In this document: positions 20,928-30,397 of the stretch, piece after piece
How the letters are laid out: each line of letters opens with the position of its first letter
Numbering within the stretch: position 1 is the first letter of the stretch
Assembly (NCBI GenBank): GCA_965368975.1
Contig: CBDUPA010000001.1
Location: 672,001-736,000 of the forward strand
DNA length: 64,000 bases
DNA from: an uncultured bacterium
GTDB lineage: Bacteria > Acidobacteriota > Thermoanaerobaculia > Multivoradales > JAHZIX01
Direction: 5' to 3'
Made by a program: the position numbers and the translations under genes
The notes under the pieces: model-generated
Told to the model about the DNA's origin: nothing
The model's input: the letters and a program-made list of their open reading frames with translations, nothing else
Databases searched by the model: none

Positions 20928-22976
20928 TTACCACCAGATCTCGGAATCCGGGTTCATCCACTGTTCGCGGGAGAATTGTTCCGGGCCCGTGCGGCGATGG
21001 AAGGTACCGTCTTCTCGGGCCTGAGCGGCGATCCGGTCGAGCTCCTGGTGAATCTGGTCGAGTTCCTGGTCCGTCAAGGGGCCGGTGCCGGGTGGCGGTG
21101 CAGTGGCACCGCTGGGAGGTGGCGGCCCGGTGTCTGGATCGCTGGCTGGTGGCGGGGTACTTGGTGGCGGAGTACCTGGTGGCGGGGTACCTGGCGGTGG
21201 GGCGCTGGGAGGAGGAGAGCTGGAATCGCTGCTCGGGTCAGGTGGCGGCGGTGGGCAGTGGGCGGGAGGGGTCTCGATCAGGGCTTCGAGGACGGTGATC
21301 TGCTGCTGCAGGAAGTGGTGGTTGCGGTCGGCGTCGGCGGCGACGGTCGGGGCTTCCCGGTCGAATTCGCCGGCCGAGGTGAAGCGACGGGTCGCTTGTT
21401 GCCACAGATCCAGGGTCCGGCTCAGGTCGCAGTCCTGGGGATCACGCTCAGCGACGCCCCACAGGAAGAGTGCGACGCCGTCGTTGAAGTGGGCTTCGGC
21501 CAGGCGCGGGGCCAGTTGCAGGGTCTCTTGGTAGAGATCGTGGGCCTCGGAATAGCGACCGTCGAGCGTCGCCGAGCGGGCCAGGTTGTAGCTCGGGATC
21601 TCGGGCTGAATCTCGTAGGCCAGGCTACGATGGTAGTGCACCGCGGCTTCGCTATGCTCGCTGGCGTCGTCGCGCTCGATACCCCGTTCGTTCTCGATGT
21701 AGGCCTGCCAGGCGTCGTCGCTGCAGCCCAAGCCGAGCACGAGCAGGAGCAAGCCGGCGAAGGGAGGGGTGGTAGATGCGCGCCGCGTTCCTAGACGCTC
21801 GATCTCGAAGCGAGACCGTAGGCGCCGACCGAGGTGGCCGATCACCAGGGTGTCGAGCAGGACGATGGCCAGGACCAGCAGGAGTGGAGTTCTGCCCAGG
21901 TCCTCGGCGGCGGCTTCGCTGTCACCTTCCGAGTTCTCGCTGTCGCCTGTGGAGCTGAACTGGGTCTGGGAGATCCGGCGCTGAGCGGGACGCTCGCGGA
22001 TCGTTGTGGCCAGCGCGTTGGCCAAGACGTCCGGTGTGCCGTCTCCCAGGTCGCTACCGTCGGTGCGGTAGAAATCGCCGTCGGTGCGGTTGGCGATGCG
22101 ACGGAAGTGCTCGTCTTCGCGCCGCGACGTGTACTCGACCAGCACACGGCGCTCGTCGGGTTCCTTGCCGTCGACGACGTCGCGGTAGTCGTAGAGTTTG
22201 TGCCAGCGGCCGTCCGTGCCGCCGATCGCCACCGCATGCACCGGGACACCTCGGCGCGCCAGGGCGTCGAGTGAGGCCGCGTAGTCGAGCTCGAAGGGCA
22301 ATTCACCATCTCCCAGAAACACCACCTGTAAGTCGCCGCTGCGCTCGTCTTCGTGGCCGGCGAAAGGCAGGATGGCGTCGAGGGCGCTGGCCAGGTTGGA
22401 GCCGGAGTTCTGGTACATCGTGTACCACTCGACGGTGCGCAGCGCTTCGCTCAAGGCCACGCGGTCGTCGGTGATCGGTAGCAGGATGGTGGCGGTACCG
22501 CTGTAGCTGAGCATGCCGAAGTGGTGGTTCGGCAGCTCGGCGGTGAGACGCTGGCCGAGGTAGCGGGCGAGTTCGAAGCGGTCCCACTCCTCGATCTCTT
22601 CGCTACCGTCCACGGCCTCGCTGGTTTCCGCAAGCTCGGGGCCGAGCCCCGGCGGCAGGTCTAGATCCTCGGAGGTCATGCTGTGCGAGGCGTCGAAGAC
22701 GAGCAGCACGCGTCCATTCGCCGCCTCGGCTTCGATCTCACCCAACCGCTTGGGGCCGGCAGCGGCGTAGATGAGCAGCACGCCGGCGAGGAGCAACAGC
22801 CACAGGTGTGCCCGCAGCGAGCCGCGGCCGTGGACGGTCAGCGCACGGCGGAAGCGGGGGGACACGTGGAGGTGCAGCCAGTCGACGGACCGTCGCTGCT
22901 GGCGGCCGAACCACCAGGCGCCGAGCAGCCAGGGGACAAGCAGCCACAGCAATTCCGGACGTTCGAGGACGGTCAT
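20928..22976 (-). CDS. VWA + TPR protein (BatB/BatC-like fusion) with Pro-rich linker
   Basis: MIDAS DASHSM; FLGDGE; TPR segments (YNLARSA, AHFNDGVALF); PPPGT repeats; ends in WW. Confidence 0.8.
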   Translation of the reverse strand: MTVLERPELLWLLVPWLLGAWWFGRQQRRSVDWLHLHVSPRFRRALTVHGRGSLRAHLWLLLLAGVLLIYAAAGPKRLGEIEAEAANGRVLLVFDASHSMTSEDLDLPPGLGPELAETSEAVDGSEEIEEWDRFELARYLGQRLTAELPNHHFGMLSYSGTATILLPITDDRVALSEALRTVEWYTMYQNSGSNLASALDAILPFAGHEDERSGDLQVVFLGDGELPFELDYAASLDALARRGVPVHAVAIGGTDGRWHKLYDYRDVVDGKEPDERRVLVEYTSRREDEHFRRIANRTDGDFYRTDGSDLGDGTPDVLANALATTIRERPAQRRISQTQFSSTGDSENSEGDSEAAAEDLGRTPLLLVLAIVLLDTLVIGHLGRRLRSRFEIERLGTRRASTTPPFAGLLLLVLGLGCSDDAWQAYIENERGIERDDASEHSEAAVHYHRSLAYEIQPEIPSYNLARSATLDGRYSEAHDLYQETLQLAPRLAEAHFNDGVALFLWGVAERDPQDCDLSRTLDLWQQATRRFTSAGEFDREAPTVAADADRNHHFLQQQITVLEALIETPPAHCPPPPPDPSSDSSSPPPSAPPPGTPPPGTPPPSTPPPASDPDTGPPPPSGATAPPPGTGPLTDQELDQIHQELDRIAAQAREDGTFHRRTGPEQFSREQWMNPDSEIWW

Positions 22977-22989
22977 CTGAGGCGCCTTG

Positions 22990-23040
22990 TCATCGTAGAG
23001 GTCGTCTCATCGTAGAGGTCGCCTCATCGTAGAGGCCGGC
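22990..23040 (-). repeat. Three 17-bp tandem repeats spanning the batA stop, each carrying ATGA
   Basis: Plus strand: TCATCGTAGAGGTCGTC / TCATCGTAGAGGTCGCC / TCATCGTAGAGGCCGGC. Confidence 0.9.
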
Positions 23041-24082
23041 GTAGCACGATGCCGGTCAGCAGCAGGTAGAGGGTAAAGAGCGGCAACGCGGCGAGCGCCA
23101 GCCAGCGGCGGTACGACCGACGGATCTCGACCGTCGTGACCTCCAGCGGTGCGCTCTCCAGCCGCGACAGATGACCGAAGATGGTTTCCAGGGCACCGGC
23201 GTCGGTGGCGCGGAAGTAGTGGCCGTCGGCCAGCTCGGCGATGCGTTGCAGCTGGGCTTCGTCGAGCGAGGTGAGGTAGGGATCGTCCTCGCCGCCGAGC
23301 TTGTCGCCTTCGAACATGACCTCCATGGGCTCGTCGCCACCCAACCCGATGGTGTAGAGGCGGATCTGCAGATGGTGCACGAAGCGAGCGGCCAGCTCAG
23401 GCTCGATCCCTTCGTTGGACTCGCCGTCGGTGATCAGGATCAGTGCCTGGTCACGCTGTGGCCGGCGTGCGCGTTCGAGCAGCTGGGCGCCGGCCAGCAG
23501 TGCGTCGCCAATGGCGGTGCCGCCGCTCTTGCTCGGTGAGATGGTGTGCACGGTGACACCGCCGAGCAGCGCGCGCAGCGACGGACGGTCGGTGGTCAGC
23601 GGGCTCTGGACATAGGCGTCCTTACCGAAGATCAGCAGGCCGATGCGGTGGCCACTGGCACGGTCGAGGAAGTCACCGGCGATGCGGCGCAGGGCTTCCA
23701 TGCGGTTGGGCGGGAAGTCTTCGGCCAGCATGCTGAGGGAGACATCGAGCACCAGCAGGACGTCGATGCCTTCGTTTTCCATTAGCTCCAGCTCGGTCGA
23801 ACGGTGCGGCCCGGCGATACCCAGGATCAGGGCTGCGAGGAGCAGAACCTCGACGGCCAAGCTGAGGGAAGGCAGACCTCGGTGTCGCATCAACCACAGC
23901 GGGCCTGGAGGTCGAGAAGAGGGCCCTGCAGCCTGCAGTTGCAGCGCGCCGTATGGTAGCTGGTCGCGCCGCCGCAGCCGCCAGCGCTGCCAGGCGTAGA
24001 GTGGCAGTAAGAGCAGAACCCAGAGCCAGCGCGGATCGTCGAGTTGGAGCTCGAACGGCAGACCGAGGATGCCTGGGGCCAT
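23024..24082 (-). CDS. batA: VWA domain membrane protein, BatA-like
   Basis: GIDVLLVLDVSLSMLAEDFPPNR, SPLTTD, GTAIGDAL, LITDGESN, IRLYTIGLG. Confidence 0.85.
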   Translation of the reverse strand: MAPGILGLPFELQLDDPRWLWVLLLLPLYAWQRWRLRRRDQLPYGALQLQAAGPSSRPPGPLWLMRHRGLPSLSLAVEVLLLAALILGIAGPHRSTELELMENEGIDVLLVLDVSLSMLAEDFPPNRMEALRRIAGDFLDRASGHRIGLLIFGKDAYVQSPLTTDRPSLRALLGGVTVHTISPSKSGGTAIGDALLAGAQLLERARRPQRDQALILITDGESNEGIEPELAARFVHHLQIRLYTIGLGGDEPMEVMFEGDKLGGEDDPYLTSLDEAQLQRIAELADGHYFRATDAGALETIFGHLSRLESAPLEVTTVEIRRSYRRWLALAALPLFTLYLLLTGIVLRRPLR

Positions 24083-24678
24083 CACGAGGTCTCCTCGGCG
24101 TCCTGAGTGGAGGACCGGCGTCCGCGCTGGCCTTCGACCAGCCAGCGGGCGTCGCGGCAGATCCCGCGGAAGGCGCGTGGACTGGGCTCGTCGCGGCCGA
24201 ATTGCAAGCCGGCCAGCTGCAAGAGGAGCTTGGCGATCTTGCCATCTCCCAGGCGGCTGCCGATCTCTCGTGCCGTCAAGTGGTCGAGACGTTCGCGGCG
24301 GTCCGCCTCGAAGTGGTCGCGTAACATGGCGGCCAGCTGGTGGCAGCCCTGGCGCGGGTCGGCCGTGAACTCTTCGGCCAGCGCTTCGATACGGCTGCCG
24401 ATGCCACCGGCGCGTGCTCGCGGAGGCGGCGGTGGTTTGGCGGCGCGCGGCTTGGCTTTGACTCGCTTGCCCAGCCGGTAGAGTCCCCAGAGCACCAGCA
24501 GCACGGCGAGCAGCAGCAAGACGAGGCAACCGCATCCGACCATCCAGGGCGCGACGGCCTTGGGCAGATGCAGTGGGTCGGCCAGGCCCGCGGGAAGTTC
24601 CGGTGGCGCGTCTGGTGCCAGCGGGGGGTTCGATGTGGTCAGGGCGTTCGGTGTTGTCAGGATGTTTAGGGCCATCAT
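24082..24678 (-). CDS. Single-TM hypothetical protein of the MoxR/Bat operon
   Basis: TM helix; LTAREI motif; overlaps both neighbours at start and stop. Confidence 0.7.
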   Translation of the reverse strand: MMALNILTTPNALTTSNPPLAPDAPPELPAGLADPLHLPKAVAPWMVGCGCLVLLLLAVLLVLWGLYRLGKRVKAKPRAAKPPPPPRARAGGIGSRIEALAEEFTADPRQGCHQLAAMLRDHFEADRRERLDHLTAREIGSRLGDGKIAKLLLQLAGLQFGRDEPSPRAFRGICRDARWLVEGQRGRRSSTQDAEETS

Positions 24679-25658
24679 CGTGGCCGCCGTACCCGTCGGC
24701 GCTGCTTGCGGTGCAGCAGGGTGCGCAGGGTCGTGGTGACCGGTACCTTGGTGGAGCAGGAGGCGAAGTCGAGGCCGAGCGTCATGCTGCGCTGGCGCAG
24801 GAAGTCTTGCATCTCGTGCAGGGCGCCGGCGTCGCCGGGACGCACCCCGCGTCGCGAGGCCGCACGTTCCGTTTCCGGGCCTTCGGGCGAGACACCGGTG
24901 AAGCGCACGGGCGCGGGCACCACTCCGTCCGCGCCGAGCTGCCCAGGAAGCTCAACGGGGTCGTAGACATGCAGCAGCGTGACGTCGTGGCGCGGCCGGA
25001 AGTAGCGCAGGTCGTCGGGGACGTCGAGGTCGATGAAGTCAGAAATCAGGAAGACGACGAAGCGGCCGCGACGGTGGCGCTCGATGGCGTGTACCGCGGT
25101 GCGCGGGTCCGAGACTTCGACCGGCCGCTGCCACGGTGCGGTGTGGTGCAGCAGTGCGCGCAACACCTGGAACAGCTGTCGCTGGCCCCCGCGCGGACGG
25201 CTCTCGGCAAGCACCTGATCGGCGAACAGGACGTACCCGACGCGGTCACCGCTGTCGACCGCCGCCAAGCTGAGGGTTGCCGCCAGCTCGACGGCGTGCT
25301 CGAGCTTGGTCTTGTCCTGGAAGCCCAGGTGCATCGACGGGCTGACGTCGAGGCCGATCCAGACATCCCGCCGCCGCTCTTCCTCGTGCACCTTCACGTA
25401 GGGCTCGCCGAGGCGTGCGGTGACGTTCCATTCGATGCTGCGCGCCGGCTCACCCGGCACGTACTTGCGGGTTTCGTAGTAGACCAATCCTTGGCCGCGC
25501 ACCGACGTTTCGTAGTCGCCACTGGTCAGGCCGGCAGCATTGTGGCGTGCCACCATCTCGAGCTGCTGAATGCGTCGCAGCAGCGTATCGAAGTCGGCGC
25601 TTTGCAGCGCCGCGGACGTGGACGCCGAGGGTGTCGTCGACGAGGGGGGAGCAGCCAC
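24675..25658 (-). CDS. DUF58 (VWA-like) protein
   Basis: GDYETSVRGQG, RSIEWNVTAR, DVSPSM, GDRVG, FLISDF. Confidence 0.9.
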   Translation of the reverse strand: MAAPPSSTTPSASTSAALQSADFDTLLRRIQQLEMVARHNAAGLTSGDYETSVRGQGLVYYETRKYVPGEPARSIEWNVTARLGEPYVKVHEEERRRDVWIGLDVSPSMHLGFQDKTKLEHAVELAATLSLAAVDSGDRVGYVLFADQVLAESRPRGGQRQLFQVLRALLHHTAPWQRPVEVSDPRTAVHAIERHRRGRFVVFLISDFIDLDVPDDLRYFRPRHDVTLLHVYDPVELPGQLGADGVVPAPVRFTGVSPEGPETERAASRRGVRPGDAGALHEMQDFLRQRSMTLGLDFASCSTKVPVTTTLRTLLHRKQRRRVRRPR

Positions 25659-25681
25659 GTATCGGCCTCCTAAGTGTCGCC

Positions 25682-26671
25682 TCAGGGCACCGGAACGGTG
25701 CTCAAGACTTCGTCGATCACCTGGTCACTGGTCACGCCTTCGGCTTCCGCGTAGTAGGTGGTCAGGATACGGTGTCGCAGGACGTCGTGGGCCACCGCCT
25801 TGACGTCGTCGGGCAGAGTCGCGTCGCGACCCTCGATCAGCGCCGTCGCGCGTGCCGCCTGGGCCAGGGCGATCGAGGCGCGCGGCGAGGCGCCGAGCTC
25901 GACGAAGCGGCCCAAGGTCAAGCTGTTCTGTGGCGTACTCCCGTCCGGCTGTTGGTGCTGCGCCTTGCGCGTCGCTTGCACCAGGTCGGCAGCGTAGCGG
26001 ATCACCCGGTCTTCGATGAACACCTCACGTGTTTCGGCCTGCAGGTGTAGCACCTGCTCGTGGGTGATCTGTGTCCTTGGTTCGGGAAGCTGTTGTTCAT
26101 TGAGCACCAGCCGGACGATCTCTGGTTCTGCCTCGGGGGCTGGGTAGCCGACGACCAACTTGAGCAAGAAGCGGTCGAGCTGCGCTTCTGGCAGCGGGTA
26201 GGTGCCCTCTTGTTCGACCGGGTTCTGCGTCGCGAAGACCAGGAATGGCGGCGGCACCGGGTAGCTGGTCTGGCCGATCGTCACCTGCCGCTCCTGCATG
26301 GTCTCGAGCAACGCCGACTGCACCTTGGCCGGTGCGCGGTTGATCTCGTCGGCCAGTAGCACGTTGGTGAACACGGGGCCTTGGACGGTCTCGAAGGTCG
26401 CCGAGTGCTGGTTGTAGACGCGCGTGCCGATGATGTCCGCCGGTAGCAGGTCGGGGGTGAACTGGACGCGGCGGAACTGCAGGTGGCAGGCGCGCGCCAG
26501 CAGGTTGACGGCACGCGTCTTGGCCAGACCCGGCACGCCTTCGATCAGCACGTGACCGCCGGCCACCAGGGCCACCAGCAAGCCCCGGATGAGCCCTTCC
26601 TGGCCGACGATGCCGCGCCGGATCTCGGTTTCCAGCTGACGCAGGATCGGATGAGGAGAAGATGTTGTCAT
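25682..26671 (-). CDS. moxR: MoxR family AAA+ ATPase
   Basis: GHVLIEGVPGLAKT, RVQFTPDLLPADI, LADEINRAPAKVQSALL, ATQNPVEQEGTYPLPEAQLDRF. Confidence 0.95.
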   Translation of the reverse strand: MTTSSPHPILRQLETEIRRGIVGQEGLIRGLLVALVAGGHVLIEGVPGLAKTRAVNLLARACHLQFRRVQFTPDLLPADIIGTRVYNQHSATFETVQGPVFTNVLLADEINRAPAKVQSALLETMQERQVTIGQTSYPVPPPFLVFATQNPVEQEGTYPLPEAQLDRFLLKLVVGYPAPEAEPEIVRLVLNEQQLPEPRTQITHEQVLHLQAETREVFIEDRVIRYAADLVQATRKAQHQQPDGSTPQNSLTLGRFVELGASPRASIALAQAARATALIEGRDATLPDDVKAVAHDVLRHRILTTYYAEAEGVTSDQVIDEVLSTVPVP

Positions 26672-26701
26672 GGTGGGCGTATCTTACTCTGCTGGAGGGG
26701 A

Positions 26702-29011
26702 TCAGCGACGCGCGAGCCAGGGGGGCGTGTCGTCGACGCGCCACAGGTCCGCTTCCAGTCGCTGGATGCTGGCGAACAGCACAGAGCCGTCGAGTGGGTG
26801 CACCGCGAGGCCCGGCACCAAGCGTGGCGTGCCGAGCTGGCCCAGGTGCTCGGGGACGCCATCGGCGGGCTGGCGCCACAATTCGATGCCGTCGTTACCG
26901 CGTGCCAGCCAGGTGAGGGTGTCGCCATCGAGGGTCCAGAAGGCGGAGCCGATCAGGTTCTCCGTACCCGCCACCGCTGTCGTGACGCCTCGACTCAGGG
27001 TATGTCGGAACAGGCCGGCGGTCCCGTAGCGGGTCAGGAAGAGGGTGTCACCATCGCTCGCTGCCAGCGCCATGTAGCCGCCCTCGTGGGTGACCTGCTC
27101 GCTCGGGTGGTTCTGTGCCTCCTCGGTGCTGGCGGGGCGGCGCCAGATCTGCCAGCTGCCGGTGCGGTTGGAGCCGAAGTAGATCCACTTGCCGTCCGGG
27201 GAGTAAGAGGGCTGCAGGTCGTTGTCGGGGTCGCGGGAGAGTCGCTCCAGATGCTGCGGCTGTGCTGGCTCGTCCTGACGGTCTTGGACCGCGTCGAGAC
27301 GCAGGCGGTAGATGTCCGCCTGGCCGTCGAGACGCGCATCGAAAACCAGGGCGGTGCCGTCGGGCGACCAACGTGGGCTGCCGTTGTAGGCGCCGTGCAG
27401 GGCGGTCAACTGGGTCAGGCGGTACGAGCTGGACGTATTGCCGTCCGCTGCGGCGAGCCAGATCTCGAAGTGTCCCGAGCAGTTGGAGCTGAAGGCGAGC
27501 CGGTGGCCGTCAGGCGAGACATGGGGGTCGAGGTCTTCGCAGGGGCGGGGTGTCCATGTGGCTTCTATCGACTGGGCTTCGACCGAGGTGCCTTCGATCG
27601 AGGCGCCTTCGATCGAGGCGCCTGGCGTCCAGCGTTGGATGCCGGCTTCCACTACCCGGCGCTCGAACAGCAGCGGCCCACCGCGTCGCCCGAGGGTAGG
27701 ACGCCAGGCGTGATCGACGGCGAGCGGGATCCAGCTGGGACCTGCCTCGGCTGTAGGGTCGAGCGGGAACGTCCACAGGCCGCGCGCGCCGGTGCGCCGC
27801 GACGACACTACGAGACCGCTGCCATCGGGCAGCCAGACGTGACCGCGAATCGCCCGGCCGTCGCGCGTGATGGGAACTTCCGGGCCGCCTGCCAAGGCGA
27901 TGCGGAAGATATCCTGCGTGTCCATGCTGACACCACGCGTGAAGGCCAGTTGCAGACCATCGGGCGAGAAACTAGGGTTGCTGTCGCCCCAATGCTGGCC
28001 GTCGGGTGCCACCAGCTTGCGGCGCCTGCCATCGACGGTGGAGAGCAGGAAGATACCGTAGGGTTCGTCGTTGCGCTCGCGGTCGGAGAAGGCCAGCCAC
28101 TGACCATCCGGAGACCAGGCCAGGTCGGCGGTGACGTTGGCTCCGCACGAACCGAGACGGCGTTCCACGTTGCCGCCGCCGGCGAGCGAGACTTCGAGGA
28201 TCGTGCAGCGTTCCTCCGCTACATCGGCTTCGTCGGTGTACCGCAGGAAGGCGAGCCGCCGGCCATCCGGAGACCAGGTGGCGCCGAGGTCGGGTGCTGG
28301 ATGCGTGGTCAGGCGCTGCGGCGGGGTGGAGCCGGCGGCGTCGGCAGGCAGGATGTAGATGTCGGTGTTGCCGCGGTCGTCTGAGAGGTGGCTCTGCGAC
28401 GAGTCGCCTTGCCAAGAGAAGGCGACTCGACTGCCGTCGGGTGAGGCTTCGGCATGGGTCTCGAAACCGGCGTAGGCGGTCAGCGGCGCAGCGGACAGCG
28501 GAGCTGCGGCGCGGGGTGCCGCTCCTCTCGTTGCCGGGCGCTCGGCTCGACTCTGGCCGCGCTGGAGCACGAGTGGTGTCGAGACGGCGATGATCAGCGC
28601 GGCCGCCAGCAACCACGGACCGCCGTGCCACGCCAGGCGGCTCTCCGCAGCTGTCGACCTTTCAGCCTGGGGCAGCTCGGGCTGGGCTTCTTCGGGTTGG
28701 AGTAAGAGCCGGTAGCCGACCTTGGGGATCGTTTCGATAAAGCGCGGCGCACGCCGGTCGTCGCCCAGCGCGGCGCGCAGGTCCGAGATGGCGCGCGTGA
28801 CGACCTCGTCGCTGATGTGCGTGTCCGGCCACACGGCGTCCAGCAGGCTTTCGCGGCTCACGACCTGGCCGGCCTGCCGGCTCAGGTGCAGCAGCACATC
28901 CATGGCCTTGGGGGTCAGGTGGCGCACCTCACCGTCCTGGTGCAGGCGATGCAATCGCGGTTCGACCTGCCAGGGGCCGAGGCGGAACGGGCTTTCGACG
29001 GCGGATTCCAT
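26702..29011 (-). CDS. CadC-like membrane regulator: winged-helix domain, TM helix and TolB/PD40 beta-propeller
   Basis: LTPKAMDVL..VSRESLLDAVW..FIETIPKVGYRL; repeated WSPDG/FSPDG. Confidence 0.88.
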   Translation of the reverse strand: MESAVESPFRLGPWQVEPRLHRLHQDGEVRHLTPKAMDVLLHLSRQAGQVVSRESLLDAVWPDTHISDEVVTRAISDLRAALGDDRRAPRFIETIPKVGYRLLLQPEEAQPELPQAERSTAAESRLAWHGGPWLLAAALIIAVSTPLVLQRGQSRAERPATRGAAPRAAAPLSAAPLTAYAGFETHAEASPDGSRVAFSWQGDSSQSHLSDDRGNTDIYILPADAAGSTPPQRLTTHPAPDLGATWSPDGRRLAFLRYTDEADVAEERCTILEVSLAGGGNVERRLGSCGANVTADLAWSPDGQWLAFSDRERNDEPYGIFLLSTVDGRRRKLVAPDGQHWGDSNPSFSPDGLQLAFTRGVSMDTQDIFRIALAGGPEVPITRDGRAIRGHVWLPDGSGLVVSSRRTGARGLWTFPLDPTAEAGPSWIPLAVDHAWRPTLGRRGGPLLFERRVVEAGIQRWTPGASIEGASIEGTSVEAQSIEATWTPRPCEDLDPHVSPDGHRLAFSSNCSGHFEIWLAAADGNTSSSYRLTQLTALHGAYNGSPRWSPDGTALVFDARLDGQADIYRLRLDAVQDRQDEPAQPQHLERLSRDPDNDLQPSYSPDGKWIYFGSNRTGSWQIWRRPASTEEAQNHPSEQVTHEGGYMALAASDGDTLFLTRYGTAGLFRHTLSRGVTTAVAGTENLIGSAFWTLDGDTLTWLARGNDGIELWRQPADGVPEHLGQLGTPRLVPGLAVHPLDGSVLFASIQRLEADLWRVDDTPPWLARR

Positions 29012-29131
29012 GAGCGGGAGGATTCTCTCATCTTTTTCTCAGGCCTCGGCAGCCCGCCTCGCTTAGCGTTGGTCGTACTGATGATCGGCCGAGGTCAGTC
29101 CCCACACCCACTCACTCCCAGGAGATTCGAT

Positions 29132-30361
29132 ATGTCCCGAAATTCGTACTGGTCCAGGAACCCCGCGGCAGCCCGCTGCCTCCTCGCTTCTTCGTTGCTG
29201 GCCGCTCTGCTGTTCGGTGCAGCACTGTGGTTCTCGTCGGCGGTCGCGGCACAAGAAGCAGCACCGGCGATCCAGTTCTCGGGGATGCGCTGGCAGACCA
29301 ACGGCGACGTCAAGGTAGAAGAGTTCGCGGGCCGCGAGGCGTTGCGGGTGCGGGGTGGAGGAGCTGCGCTCCTGGGGACCGCCCTGGGCGAAGACGGCTT
29401 GCAGAACGGCCCCGTCTTCCAGAATGGGATCATCGAAGTCGACGTGCGTACCACCGGCCACCGCTCGTTCTTCGGCGTCGGCTTCCGCATGGAGGGTCCC
29501 CATCGGGAGGACTTCTACCTGCGACCGCACCAGAGTGGACGGTTCGACGCTCTGCAATACCAACCGATCTACAACAGCGTCGCTGCCTGGCAGCTGTATC
29601 CGGAGCACAATGCGCAGATCGAGCTCCCGCCCGACCGCTGGATGCACGTCAAGCTGGTCGTTGCCGGTCCACGCCTGGAGGTCTTCGTCGACGGTGCTGA
29701 CCGGCCCGTGATGGTCGTCGAGCGCCTGGAGCGCGGGGACACCCGCGGCGGTATCTTGCTCTGGGGAGGCTTCCCGGGCGGCCAGCCAGGGGAGCTCTAT
29801 CCCAACGCCTTCTCGAATTTTCGCTTCCAGACGGACGAGCGTCAGGTGCCGATTCCGCCCGCGCCGCGCCCGGCGGCGGACTCCGGCTTGATCGATGCCT
29901 GGGCGGTGTCAGCGGTGTATCCCGAGCCAGAGGACCTGGCGATCTTGCCGACCCTGTCGGCGCACGGTCCGTGGAAGGTGTGGTCGGTAGATGACGAGGG
30001 GCGGCTGAACCTGGCCATGACGGCGGCGCTGCCGGGGGGCCGTGAGCGCGGCACGGTGCTGGCGCGGGTGATCCTGCGCTCGGATGCCGCACGCACAGTA
30101 CGCCTGGGCTACGGCTTCAGCGACCAGGGCACCGTCTTTCTCAACGGCGCGCCGGTGCTGCAGTCGGACAATTCCTACCGTGCGCGCTCGGAGCGCTACT
30201 TGGGGGTCATGCGCGTGGACCGCGACACCCTCTACCTGCCGCTGCGCGCGGGCGACAACGAGCTGGTGTTCGCGGTCACCGAAGCCTTCGGTGGTTGGGG
30301 CGTCACCGGACGCTTGCTCGACCGAGAAGGCGTCCAGGTGACGGCACCCTTGCCGGACTGA
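29132..30361 (+). CDS. Secreted beta-sandwich protein (DUF1080-like), function unknown
   Basis: Signal peptide; FQNGIIEVD, FYLRPH, WMHVKLVV; divergent from the CadC-like regulator. Confidence 0.55.
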   Translation: MSRNSYWSRNPAAARCLLASSLLAALLFGAALWFSSAVAAQEAAPAIQFSGMRWQTNGDVKVEEFAGREALRVRGGGAALLGTALGEDGLQNGPVFQNGIIEVDVRTTGHRSFFGVGFRMEGPHREDFYLRPHQSGRFDALQYQPIYNSVAAWQLYPEHNAQIELPPDRWMHVKLVVAGPRLEVFVDGADRPVMVVERLERGDTRGGILLWGGFPGGQPGELYPNAFSNFRFQTDERQVPIPPAPRPAADSGLIDAWAVSAVYPEPEDLAILPTLSAHGPWKVWSVDDEGRLNLAMTAALPGGRERGTVLARVILRSDAARTVRLGYGFSDQGTVFLNGAPVLQSDNSYRARSERYLGVMRVDRDTLYLPLRAGDNELVFAVTEAFGGWGVTGRLLDREGVQVTAPLPD

Positions 30362-30397
30362 TACCGGCGTCAGGTTGCTACGGCCTACGTAGGGGCT

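Noticed and set aside
27560-27625. GASIE-type 15-bp tandem repeats (also PPPGT repeats near 21130-21200)
   Set aside because: In-frame low-complexity linker expansions with no independent function evident
26483-28384. 633-aa plus-strand ORF and similar long overlapping ORFs
   Set aside because: High-GC antisense shadows of well-supported genes
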